Assembly: GCF_902459465.1 (NCBI RefSeq)
Contig: NC_047081.1
Coordinates: forward strand, 620,001 to 684,000
DNA from: Asterias rubens
Taxonomy: Eukaryota
DNA length: 64,000 nt
Direction: 5' to 3'
Below, one piece after another: positions 1-12,205 of the stretch. Under the pieces are notes generated by a model. The model worked only from the letters and a program-made list of their open reading frames with translations. It had not been told where the DNA came from and ran no database searches. Positions within the stretch are counted from its first letter, which is position 1, and each line of letters starts with the position of its first letter. The translations under genes were made by a program, and so were the position numbers.

Positions 1-367
1 GCGATCAATATAAAATATATTGATTTTGTATTATGAAGATTGAGTATTAATACATTGATACTAAATCAAATTTGACCCGGAGTGTACAGATAATTAAATG
101 TTTACTTCTCTTGTCAGTAATGGTTAGAGTTTATTGAGTCATTTACATTTTCTGATGACGGATGGCCAAGCGAATAAATAAGAAAAGGGAAAACATGTTG
201 GCAATCATTTGTCAAAATACAGTATCATGGCTTTGTGTGTGACTCTAATAATTATTAAACAAACCAGTGAAAGCATGTCACGAGAAAAAAGTGAATATTA
301 ATTTTTGAAGGGACTGGCAAATGTTTCTTGAGTTCCAATTTTCTTAAGATAAGTTTAGGTATCGCGC

Positions 368-696
368 TTAAGGTAGGCGCACACTAAAGCTAATTGTCAA
401 AGACCAGTATAATTTTATGTGCCTTCAGTAATGGAATAAGAAACAAGTATTATGTCTAAGCTCAAGGCAGACATCAAGTTTGAACAAAAGTGAAAACCAT
501 ATCATTTTTCAGACTTCGTGTTTTGGACTCGCAAGATCACACAAATTTTACTCTACTGATTTCTTATAAGTAAAGGCATTTCAGGCAAACTTTAAATCAA
601 AACAAATTTTCCATCACGGCCATTTTGTTACGCCAGGCGGCAATGAGCAAATCTGAATAATATTATTGTGACTTTTATGTTGTGCACACCCTTTAA
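368..696. mobile_element. Kolobok-like MITE, divergent copy
   Basis: TTAA at both ends; imperfect TIR AGGTAGGCGCACAC / GTGCACACCCT; contains TAATTGTCAAAGACCAGT shared with the main MITE family. Confidence 0.65.
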
Positions 697-2014
697 ATTC
701 AAGTTAATTTATAAATTAAACAAATCAACCATACCTAACGATTGCATTTCCTGATTACCACCGAATTCATTTCATGTTTTCAAAGAGAATGAATTAAAAA
801 CAGAAGCAGAAACCGGAACAGGGGAATACGTGTAAGACATGACAGGGGGAAATTTGCGGGTTGTTCATTAAAATTCCCAAATGAAATACATCCCCTTTGC
901 TTTATTTGTTCAATGTGTGAGTTGTGCCACAGGGCACGGTGCTTCAGCTCCCCGTTGGCTATTCAGGAAGTTCTGGTAAACGAACAGTTACATCGTAATA
1001 GAACGACAATTGGCCTAAATGGGTTATGTTGAAGTTCCGGGGCAGCAACACTACATCACGGCAGAGCCACCTTTTTAGTAATTATCACGATACTAGTGCA
1101 GTGAACCTTCAATGCGACCATGGACTTTGCTTATGCAACCAAGTTCTGACATAACCGTGACTTTGCGAATTGGAAATAACTACCCCACGTGAAAGGAGTT
1201 CTTACCCAATAAAACTATCGCACCTAAAGATCACGGAGGGCATTCTACTGCCATTAAAAATAATAATTGGCAATTTCTCGTACTTGGGTTTACAATTCGA
1301 GAAATTATAAGTGCCTATTTTCATTTCGAAGTGTTCCGGTCTCGAATTAAGAGAACTTCGGGAGGGGTTTTGAGGGTGGGGGACGGAATTTAGATCAACG
1401 TCCCTCGGGGATGTACACCCATGGAAGGACCGAATCAAGTTGTACAATTGTAGATTTTAATTAAATTGTACAATTGTATCATCGCCTTGGTTTAATTTGT
1501 TTTGATACTAGGCATGAACTTTGCTTTCTTTAACTTAATCAGATTTACGCTATTTTGCCCGCAAATCTTCTTGAACTGAAAAAAAAGTGGTGAGGATTGC
1601 CAAAGTCATCAACGGTTCTATTTTTAACCAGGGAAAAATTTAAGGCAATATACAAATGGATCATGTGACCCAAGAAAAGAGCAATGAGAGCCCGCTAAGA
1701 TGGTGGGATTTAATCTGATTGGTTAAGACGCTCAGCCGATTAACACTGCGGGTTCGTCGCATAATTTGCGATAATTGTTCTTTTGTCAGCTCAAAGGGTT
1801 TTCTGTGTTGCAATTTTGTGGGGAAATTCTTATCCACTTTCGGGAGGGATGGGTTGGTTCTTAAAATAACAAGTAAAGTCCACTTCTTAAGCCGTAGAAG
1901 TTGCTTGACAATTACTCCAAGGGAATGTGTGTTTGACTCACAGAGCGCTCTATTTAAGTCTTCGAGCCTTCGTTTGTAAAAGGGCTTTACATTTTAAATA
2001 TGAAGATCATTGAC

Positions 2015-2160
2015 TCATCGAATTGATTTGAGTATCGAGTCAATATCGACTACCTAGTGATTGATAAAGGTAACCATCTATAGTATTTTGAACTATTGGG
2101 TTGATTTGAATATCAACTCAAAATCGACTACCTGTTGACTGAAAGAGGTAATTGATAAAT
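2015..2160. repeat. Two-copy ~85-bp degenerate direct repeat
   Basis: TTGATTTGA.TATC.A.TCAA.ATCGACTACCT..TGA.TGA.A.AGGTAA occurs twice. Confidence 0.7.
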
Positions 2161-3671
2161 CGTGCTTTGAGTTATTGATATTTGTTTTATTTAAAAGGAT
2201 CATGTTGAACATGAAGTAAATTAACACCCAGATAGGGGGTCTCCTTTATGCTTCACCTCGCCGTGAATTCGACCCTGACCCAATCTGAACTCATCGCTCC
2301 TCCACCGAAAAAAACATTATACCAAAAGAACTAAGCAAACACCCTTCCGTATCTATCAGCCTATGGAGGCCAAAGATTTCTCCGGTGTTAAGTCGCCCGG
2401 GGTGCGGCCTCCCCTCACGGGGCCAACGCGCCGATGCGCCCCCTGACTCTCGAAGAAAGATGTCCTCATTCCCCCCATGCTGTCCGGAAGCTAGAACTCC
2501 TTCTGTGTCTGAAATCAGACCCTTTTCTTTTTCCTTCTAATATTTTGTCCCCGTCCTCCATAAGCCCAGCGGGGAAAGTCGATGACGGACGGGGGTAGAA
2601 TTCTAAAGAGGTAGTGGGATCATTGGTTTCCGACGGGGGTCAACCGGCTTGCAGGGCCCGGTGGGACTACCCAGTCTGAACCCGGTGAAACTTAACAGTT
2701 CCACGGAGTTCCAACAAAACGGGTGTGAGATGAGGCTCGCCGTGGTGGGGGGATTTTACGGGTGAGCTCGCTACGAATGCTAGACAAATTTGTCCTAATC
2801 CACTGGCTCATTGTAACATCACCGCTGACATGTGTACAATTTTTAAGGGCTAGAGCGGCTAGCCAAGGGATTTGGGACGGCAACATTGTTCCTTTGACAG
2901 AGTTGGTTGTACAAATTGGACGTAAACACGTTTTTAGTTTCACCCCAGTATATGGTGCGAATAAATCGGTTTAGCAGACGGATTCTAGCCAAGTAAACTA
3001 CAAGCAGGCTAGTAGGGTCAATATAGGGCTGATAGTGGATGGGAATTACCTTTGATACTACAAGCTTGTAAGTTTTTGGCAAACAGTCAGCTTATATCAT
3101 GGCTAAAGGGCCATCATCACAGATTTGTGCTTGTCAAAAGGACAAACTCTCATTTATCGCCACTCTAGACACGCATTTTCAATACCATTATAGAGACGAA
3201 ATTGATTTTTGAAACTGCATATAAAAACATTGAAACTTTAGACTACTTTTGAGAAACATTATGCCAAGTCCAACTGCATTTTTGATATTCTGCAAACTGC
3301 AGTTTTTATGACTTTTTTTGATGGGTTAACCATCTTTATAAACGGTGTCTGAATGCGATTTGGTAACTCACACTGTAAGGGGAAACATAACTCTATTTGC
3401 TGACAGAGAAAGACTGAAAGGTTTTGTTGCCTGAGGCAAGTTTTACGCGAAGCGGAATTCGTGGTATGAGAAGGGTTACGGTTCACGAGAAACCAGTCCA
3501 GCAACAGTTTGGTGGCACAGTGACACGAGAGGGCGGTGCAGTAGCGCCAGTTTACACGAAAACAACCTACAATAGTCTGGTTAAGTTATTACAAACCTGC
3601 ATGTGGACAATAAAACTAGTTTTAATATTGAACGCATGTTCACAAAGTATTTCTTGCTGCAGAATGTTGGT

Positions 3672-3865
3672 CTTAATGGATGGGTGCAACAGTCGAGTTG
3701 GTCATGACCAACTCGACAACTGACATTGATTGTACATTGGCCAATGGTCACTACAACCATAGCATACAGCTGTAATACTTGCTGCATAACACTGGTCTTA
3801 TGGATGGGTGCAACTGGTCGAGTTGGTCGTGGCCAACTCGACCTCGGACATTGATTGTATATTTT
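3672..3865. repeat. Two-copy ~125-bp-spaced direct repeat, each containing a palindrome
   Basis: ATGGATGGGTGCAAC..GTCGAGTTGGTC.TG.CCAACTCGAC....ACATTGATTGTA occurs twice; 3692-3717 is a perfect 26-bp palindrome. Confidence 0.85.
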
Positions 3866-6800
3866 CCTATGTATAGCGACTACTGCTAGGCGCACACAAG
3901 GCAACATACATTACACTTTTGGTGACAAACCACGTGACCATAATATCGTATCACAGTAAACCCCTTGGCAAGATAAAAAAAAGTCTTGATTACTTCTGCT
4001 CAAATAAATTGTAATCATTTCACATTGTCACAAACAAATCATAACTAAGAAAAACCTTACCTTACTGACGTTTGTCTTGCAAAGTTATCCCTAAGTTCAA
4101 AAGATAGAGAACCAAATCCAAAACATCCGAAGTTGGACTGAACAATTCAAAATCTGGCTTGACGTTCAGAATGTCCGGAGTCTATGTCCAAATTGCACAC
4201 GCATTCACAAGTCACTCAAAGCTAACACCAGGGAAGGGGAAAGAGTAGCTGGCTAGCTCGGCCGTCTAAAGCTGTCTGTGAACGGTACAGCAGAGTCCTC
4301 CAGGTGCGCCTCTCACATCACCGTCAAGTGTCACACTCAAACGCCGTAAAGCAGCGGGCGGCATTTTCACAGTGACAACTGGCTATGGTGTGATTGCGTG
4401 ACAAGATCGACAACCTAAACTGCGGAATAGAAGAAAAAAAAACAAGAAGACAAAACCAACTTCCGTTTAGTTTTTTTTCTTTTTCAAATAGTCTCTGAGA
4501 TGATAAAGTAGGGCTTGTCACTACTTGATAGATGTATTTAAGTACCCACTGCTTCAAACAGTGGGGTTGCTGCCACTTTTATTTTGGCTGTTTCGACAAC
4601 TCTTGTATGTAAGAAAGCAAAGGTGGGCCTCATTTGTTTCCGATCGGTATTTAAATCACATGATATGTTGTTTGGAAACTTGTATTGGTGTCACGTCATG
4701 AATTCATCGATCACTTCCTTTTGGCGTAAAGTATTCATTTTGCCCGGACACGCATACCAACATTGTGTTACATATTTTGACTTTAAACTTTGAATTGTAT
4801 GGTTGACATGGGTCTTGATGTAGGCCTACTCGTCGTTCGAGGGCAGTTGTTACACTTTTGTATTTCCCATGGCAATCCATTTCATGTATCATAACACATA
4901 AGTAAAATATAAAAGGGTTCATAATTAAATATAAAGAAATGAATAGATTGATGTTAAAACAAACCCACAAACAAAACTGATGAAAAAACCCACAAACACA
5001 CGCAGCTCTGTGTTGAAGTCAATCCGTGGGCATCCCTTTGTTCTGTATAATGAAACAACGTATTCTTCATGTGTGGACGAGTGGAAGTTCACATAGTGTT
5101 TCAAGTCCAAATAATAATGTGGAACTCTTTTGTTTTCAGGTGCCAATTCGTATTACGAAAGCTTTAAAACACAAACAAGCAAAAAAAAAAATAATAATTA
5201 TAAGTTGCATTATTATAAATGTGCATCTGGATTTTTTTTATAATATTTGTTTTTAATTATTACTATTTAGCAGTATTTTGAACTTTAATCATGTGGAATT
5301 GATGTAGTGTTGTTTGTTAGTTGTAGTTGCTGTTGGATGAATGAAACTGAGATACCTCGAATCAAGAAAGAAAAAAACCATTTATTTATTGATTACTGTT
5401 TTAATAGCAATAATTGGTCTCTAATTAATGTGGAAAATGATGTATAAATGTTTATTTCTTGTTAAATAAATAAATACAAGCTTCAACAAAAATTACACTT
5501 AAAAAGTACAAGAGCATAGTACGTCTGAGTAACATTCGTGTATCTTCAAAACCTCCTCTTCCCACGCCTTCGGAGTTCAGCTCAACCAGCCCTCACCTGC
5601 TTCTCCCTTCCATCGTCTCGATCCGTTGGCACCAAGCGATCTCTTGACAGCAGCCCCGCTCTAAATCACTCCGTGATCGGTGGAGGTTACAAGTAAGGGG
5701 CACAGCAACCGTCACGCAATGTACCACAGGATTTTCTTGCGTAAACCGCGGCTGTATAACTTAATTTTGTAACTTTTTTTTCTCTTATAAATTTCCCCTC
5801 TCTCCAAAGACCAATCGCAAAGGATTAAGGACTTTAAGGTAGCCAACAATGGATGATTTGGTCCGAGAAGGAAACACTTGGCAAAAGTACTTTCAACTTT
5901 AACGTCTGGAGAAGAAAAAACGGGAACCGATGCAGAGTTAAGACTTTCAATTACATGTGGTATTTATCCTAAATCTGAGCAAGTTATTTTGGCTAATTTC
6001 AATCCATCGTCGAAACAAAGACACAGATTTCAATTATCACTGGTCATGTTGTGGAAGGTTTGGCAAAAACAAAACACTCTCCCAAATACTCTCCCAAACT
6101 CGGAACATTTTGTTATTTCGGATGCTTTATTTTCTACCATGGTTTCTTACTTTGCACGATAAATTTCCAGATTTAAAAATTTTGCCAGACTAATGGGTTG
6201 TGATATTTTGTGATTGAAATTTAGATGACATAATATTCCATTAAAACCAGAAACTAACAAGAAACAAAAATAAAGCTTTGAGGACCGTGAGAGAGATCAA
6301 ATAAACTGAAACCCGAAAGAAAGAAAGAAAAAAAGAAAAACTAATAAACAATGTTAATAAAATATAAATAAATAACAACATATTTAACTAAATCAACTTT
6401 CGTGAAATTGAGTAAATAAACAAAATTTATGTATCACAAGGTAAAACAAACAAACAAACACACAAACAAACAAACTAAAAACTGAAGCCATGAGTTAGCA
6501 GGAAAAGTTTTACAAAATTCCTAAAAAGACAGATTTCCAGAAATAATTATTTTAAGAACTGACATAATTCCAGACTCTCCGTAAATATCATATTTTTGTT
6601 TGTCCTTTCGATGGCTTAGAAGTCAACTTTAAGACCGGGGTAGAAAACTTACACTCACTCAACAACATCGAAGGTAATGCCAGCTTTACAAAATCCAAAA
6701 TGTCAAACCTAAATATACGATTGCTTGCTCAATCGCCAACATGTTCCAACCATTTGCTTTGATTTCTTGTTCCCCTTCTTTGTATGTATTTGTGGTTTCA

Positions 6801-7111
6801 CAGACACAGTTGAAATGTAAGAAAAATAGTACTGCGAACTTTCTTTCTCGCGACTACCCACATGTCATAACTCAAACTGATGTCAGATTTCTCGTAACGG
6901 GGCGATATGTCACAGACTGTGAAGACTTTCTTTTGTAGACTTCCTACACAAACGCTGTTCGACTTCATGTTAATTAAATCGCCTTCCTGTAAACTTGTCA
7001 CCAACTTCGGATGTTTTTTGTCACAAATATTAGTTTTCCTTCTTTTCTAGACGGGGACAGAAACTGGTGTGACTCTCGACACGAAAGTCGGCTTCAATCA
7101 ATTCCACACAT

Positions 7112-7491
7112 TTAAGACAGTGGACACTATTGGTAATTGTCAAAGACCAGTCTTCTCACTTGGTGTATCTCAATATGTGCATAAAATAACAAACCTGTGA
7201 AAATTTGAGCTCAATCGGTCGTCGAAGTTGCGAGATAAAAAATGAAAGACAAAACACCCTTGTCACACGAAGTTGTGTGCTTTCAGATGCTTGATTTCTA
7301 GACATCAAAATCTAAATATATTATAAGGTCTCGAAATCAAATTCGTAGAAAATTACTTCTTTCTCGAAAACTACGTTACTTCAGAGAGCGAGCCATTTCT
7401 CACAGTGTTTTATACTATCAACCTCTCCCCATTACTCGCTACCAAATAAGGGTTTATGCTAATAAATATTTTGAGTAATCACTGCCTTTAA
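7112..7491. mobile_element. Kolobok-like MITE family A, right TIR partly deleted
   Basis: TTAA-GACAGTGGACACTATTGGTAATT ... GAGTAATCACTGCCT-TTAA; body aligns to the other family A copies. Confidence 0.85.
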
Positions 7492-7814
7492 TGTTACTCA
7501 AGACTGAGATTTCTTCGATGAGTTCGAGAACTTTTATTTTATACAAAATTGTCAAGTGACAAGTTGCGTATTTCTTGTCAATTATCGTTTTTCATGTTTG
7601 GGTTCAGTTGTCTAAATGTCCGTCAATTGTTGTTTCCTGTCCAATACTGTTGTATTCATCAATTATTTTTTTTTTTTATTTAATTACTAGTTGTTTAGTT
7701 ATTTATATATGTTGTTAATTTTAGCTATAAATTGTTATTTAGTTAAATATTTAGTTAAACATATATTTAGTTAGATAGTTTTCACTATCTAACTATCTAA
7801 CCAATTAAAATTGG

Positions 7815-7923
7815 TTATTTAGTTATTAAATTATTTAGTCAAGTTAATTATTTATTTAGTTATTAAATTATTTAGTCAAGTTAATTATTTATTTAGTTAT
7901 TAAATTATTTAGTCAAGTTAATT
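7815..7923. repeat. AT-rich 37-bp tandem repeat x3
   Basis: Unit TTATTTAGTTATTAAATTATTTAGTCAAGTTAATTAT starts at 7815, 7852 and 7889. Confidence 0.9.
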
Positions 7924-8675
7924 GTGTATTTATTTATTTATTTATTTAGTTAGTTATTTAGCTATTTTATGTATTTAAGTTTAAGAGCACCATACATAAT
8001 TTCAACTTTCTTCATTCTGTAGTCATTATCAAACTCCATATTGTTTTAGTTAATTACAGAGAGTCGCGTTGCCAAATGACACAACGTTCACCCCAAATAA
8101 ACATCCACATCCATCACCGAAGTCCAAGAAATTCGCCCAAGGTGCTCCACCAACTCCGCCACCGTTCAAAACAACAGCTACGACCCGCTAAACCTTGAAC
8201 CTCGTCTCGGTAAAAAAAAAACAGCAACCAACAGCAGACGCTCCTCGTGGGCTGGTATGTCATCGCCACAGAGAACCCACCAATGACGTCACGACACCCC
8301 CCCCCCCCAGTCACTAACTGGTAACCCACATGGTATGTCTTGTTGATTAATGCATCCGACCCTTCTCCAAATCATACGAGGAGGGAACCACAAGCACGCC
8401 AGGTGAACAACAAAAAGAACTGACAAGGTCACCAGCACTTTTTTCCTGGTATTTTTCAACATCTGAGGTAAAACAAAATGCCATCAATTATAGTAAGGTG
8501 TACTTTTTGGACGTCCCGTCACACAATGATTAATTATATAGGGTTTTACGCAGGCAGCACCATTCCATCCAGCACTGCGTTAAAGCAAGGACTCGCAATC
8601 GGTCAATAACATATTTATTGGAGCGTTTTCTGTAATGACATCACTCACTGCAGTTACCACCTCGGCAAGGCTACA

Positions 8676-9052
8676 TTAAAGGCACTGGACACTATTAGTA
8701 ATTACTCAAAATAATTGTTAGCTTACAAACTTACTTGGTAGCGAGCAATAGTGAGCTGTTGATAGTATAAAACATTGTGAGAAACGGCTCCCTCTGAAGT
8801 AACGTAGTTTTTGAAAAAGAGGTAATTTTTCACTCAAATATTAAAAGACTTTAGGCCTGAAGCCCTTTTTAGGCAGATGAGAGCACACAAGTTTGTGCAG
8901 CATGGGTGTTCTTCTTTCAATAATAATTCTCTTTCATCTTAATGACCAATTAAGTAAAAATTTTCACATATTTTTTATTTAATGCATAGTTTGGATACAC
9001 CAAGTGAGAACACTGGTCTTTGACAATTACCAAAGATGTCAAGTGCCTTTAA
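8676..9052. mobile_element. Kolobok-like MITE family A
   Basis: TTAA-AGGCACTGGACACTATTAGTAATT ... AATTACCAAAGATGTCAAGTGCCT-TTAA; TTAA target site with purine-purine/pyrimidine-pyrimidine termini. Confidence 0.9.
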
Positions 9053-10144
9053 AGAAGTGTGGAAACTTTCCAGAGTGATTGACCGGTCGAAAGGGTCTTT
9101 TGATTGGAGGATATTGATTATGTAACAGCTGAAGTGGGCGTGGGTTATAATTGATTGACAATGACGTCAACAGACAGCTGATGTCAAGTCGTAAACAACT
9201 TTTTCTGTTTCTCATTTTGAAACGAACTCACTCAGAAATTTGAGTTAACACACAGAAGAAAGAGAAAATCGAAGTTTTCGCAAACTGCTTACCAATCAAA
9301 ATGACCTTAAAATGCAAACAGTAAAATGCAAACAGTAAATGGACTGATGTTTCAACCAAGCGTCTTTCTAAAAGGATAGTTGGACAAAGAAAGACAAACA
9401 AAAACATGCTACAAGAAACAAACACTTGTTTAGTTAAACTATTAATGAAGAACATTTGTTTATTTTTGTTCCAATGCTATAAATGCTCTAATTCTAAAAG
9501 GTCGAGTCCCTTTTTTAGACTTTAGTGAAGACATAACACAGTCGAGGTCTACGCGGAAACTACGGCTTGGGGAACAATTCTCAAGGGGGCCGTCAATGGA
9601 TCTTGGTACATGCCACGGAGCAAGTTCAAGCTGGCTTTCTAGCCTCGGGTGTTGTTTGCTGGAACTACGGGGGGAAAGTGCACCGTGTAAAGTGACGGGT
9701 CGCCCTCGCCAGGGATGTGTGTTGAAACACAAGGATAGATGTTCATCGGAAAGTGACATTGTGGGAGACAAGACAATGTGGTATGGGTGCAAGTTTCGCT
9801 TTTTGTTCCATGACTTTCACTTCTATGGACTTCGGTTCACATCCAGTCTCATGCAATAACCCTGCAGGCGGTGGGTGGGGTTTTCAGTTTCTACCAATGG
9901 CTATTTTTCAACCCAACCCCACACTCCAACAATAACAAGAACACACAAAAATGAATGAGAAAATAAGAACAAGAACAATTGTAAGAACAATACAAGAAAA
10001 AAGACCAAGAAAAATAACAGGAACAATAATTGAGAAGAGAGCAAGAACTCAGTGAAAACTGATTTGGGATAACAACCCAAATTAACTGCCACCTACTCCT
10101 AGGGTTGAAACTGGGTTCCCCGTCACAGTCCATGATGATGCAGG

Positions 10145-10265
10145 CATAGTTTTCAAAGTGCCTTGCTCCAGGGCACAAGTGTCATGACCAAGAATCGAAC
10201 CCCCACTCTGCGGCTGACATCACCAGAGCTGGGGTCTGGTGAACTAGACCACTCAACCACGACAA
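10145..10265 (-). mobile_element. tRNA-derived SINE 5' head fragment
   Basis: Minus strand has an A-box-like TGGTTGAGTGG, a B-box GGTTCGATTC, then CATGACACTTGTGCCCTGGAGCAAGGCACT, matching 63835-63890 and 39700. Confidence 0.75.
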
Positions 10266-10314
10266 GCTACAATCAAAGGACTTTAAAAGGACCATGCTGT
10301 CTTGTCTATAGGAC

Positions 10315-10490
10315 CTGCCGTCGATTTCACAAAACTTTTCCAAACTTAGGATTAATCCTAGGACTTTAAGACGAGATAAACGCTAGGACGCACTGGACCC
10401 ATCCTATAACTAGTCATAACTCAAGATGGGGACTAATTCTAGCGTCAAATCGACTGCTCTACCCACGGGGCCCAGATTGTGTAAATTCTA
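10315..10490. mobile_element. MITE of the (G)TSGATTTCACAAA / CTAG-AGGAC-rich family
   Basis: Starts GTCGATTTCACAAAAC with internal TAGGAC/GTCCTA-type motifs, as at 28238 and 63900. Confidence 0.5.
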
Positions 10491-10964
10491 GGAGACTCTA
10501 AACTTTACTTTTGTCATGTAACAAAGTTCAATTTCTGCTTAGTAATGGTACTCGTGCTTTGACCTCAAGCTGCTGAAGGAAGGAGCTGGGGACGAAGCTG
10601 GAGAGGGGGGCCTCGACTGAAGAAGGGTGAGTTTCTATTCCTGTTTCAAAATTAACTTCTACCGACAGTCCAAGTTTCTCCATGACGCACATTCCCCCCA
10701 GGTCCCCGTTCCTATTAGGAACTCCCAGCCTGTTGTAAAACGCTCACTCGCATCGAGACATCTGGCTTGACAGTTCCCGGATGCTAGCGTGTTATGGTTT
10801 TTCCCGCGCGCCCAGATGAGTTTTGACGGGAAAGTGATACGAGAGAACAGGCTGCGCGGGAAAAGAGTGTAAAGGTTTGAGCGGTGAGGAGATGGGTTTG
10901 GACAGAAACAAGGTTTGGGGTTCGTCTGCTCCGCTCTGATGACCTTTCGCGGCTGTGTATAGTC

Positions 10965-11345
10965 GGTCTCATCACTTGGATTCCATGTGATGTTCTTCGA
11001 AGCAAGAACAAGAATTATTTAAGACGTAGAACAATCCATCTCGAGTAAGTCATGGAACCAAGAAACAAATGTCTAACCTTAGGGAGTTTAGAGAGACTAA
11101 AACGAATGTAAACATCACAGTTTTTCCGTAAAGTTTGTAGAAAGTTGGTCTCGTCACGAAGATTCCATGTGATATTCTTCGAATGCGGAACAAGACTTCT
11201 TTAAGAATTTAAGTCCAAGACGTCTCAACATGTAACCTTCCAGAGCTCATGGAACCAAAAAACAAATGTCCAGCCTTCTTGGAAGTTTGGAGGGACCAAA
11301 AACGTATGTTAACATCACAGCATTTCTGTAAAGTTGGTAGACAAG
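10965..11345. repeat. 182-bp tandem duplication, 2 diverged copies
   Basis: GATTCCATGTGAT.TTCTTCGAA at 10979 and 11161; CATGGAACCAA.AAACAAATGTC and AACATCACAG...GTAAAGTT.GTAGA recur at the same spacing. Confidence 0.9.
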
Positions 11346-12058
11346 TAAATTCTCAATAACTCAGTTATAAATTGGCAGATAAACCTCATGCGGTGTTAAG
11401 GTTTCTCAATTTTGCAAAGTTCTGCCAAGCCCCAAACCGCTCATTTCCCGACAAATAATTTTACATGACATCATGAGGTGCCAGTTAATGCCTGTCCCGA
11501 TCCCATGGTTTATCGGCTCAGCTCCTTGTTTGAGCTAAGCTCCTTGGTCAAGCTATCTTTTAATATAAATTCAAATCTCCTTACAACACAAAGTTTATCT
11601 CGATTGGCCAACAAAGCATTAACTTCGAACCAAACGGATGCAAATTGACGGGTCTTTACGCAAAGGCGCCCGGTGGCCATTTTGAATCTTATAAACTTGC
11701 AACATAAAAAACTTCGGTTACTTCATGCTTGATGACGTCACAAGTATCGAATTTATTTGTTCGCTTGCCACAGTACTAGTCGGCCAATTTGTTCTATTCA
11801 TTTAGGCATTTGCAACCCATGAGGTTGTACCATAAACCATCGAAAGAAAGCATCAGTACGCTGACGTCGCAGTGTGACGTCACTAATGGTACAATTGAGC
11901 GGTTTTGGTGCAATAATAGTATTACATAGCATAGATATTTCAAACCACAATGTACTTTTGAACATGATTCAAATACAATAAACAAGTATGACCAATCAAA
12001 TGAAATGAGGAGAGCCAAATGTTGACTATACCAACAGCATGGATTATTTGACTATCAC

Positions 12059-12205
12059 CAGCCGCCAATTTCAAGAAACTTTACGCAGCTGCATTAATCA
12101 CTCTTTTGCGCAACATTTATTGCGTAAGTTTTGCACCATTTCCACAATAAATATTGCACAAGTGGAATTTCGCAGTTGCGTAAAGTTTCGTAAAATGGGC
12201 CGCTG
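12059..12205. mobile_element. Short MITE with CAG...CTG termini
   Basis: TIR CAGCCGCCAATTTCAAGAAACTTTACGCA / TGCGTAAAGTTTCGTAAAATGGGCCGCTG; a partial copy lies at 21301-21367. Confidence 0.75.
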
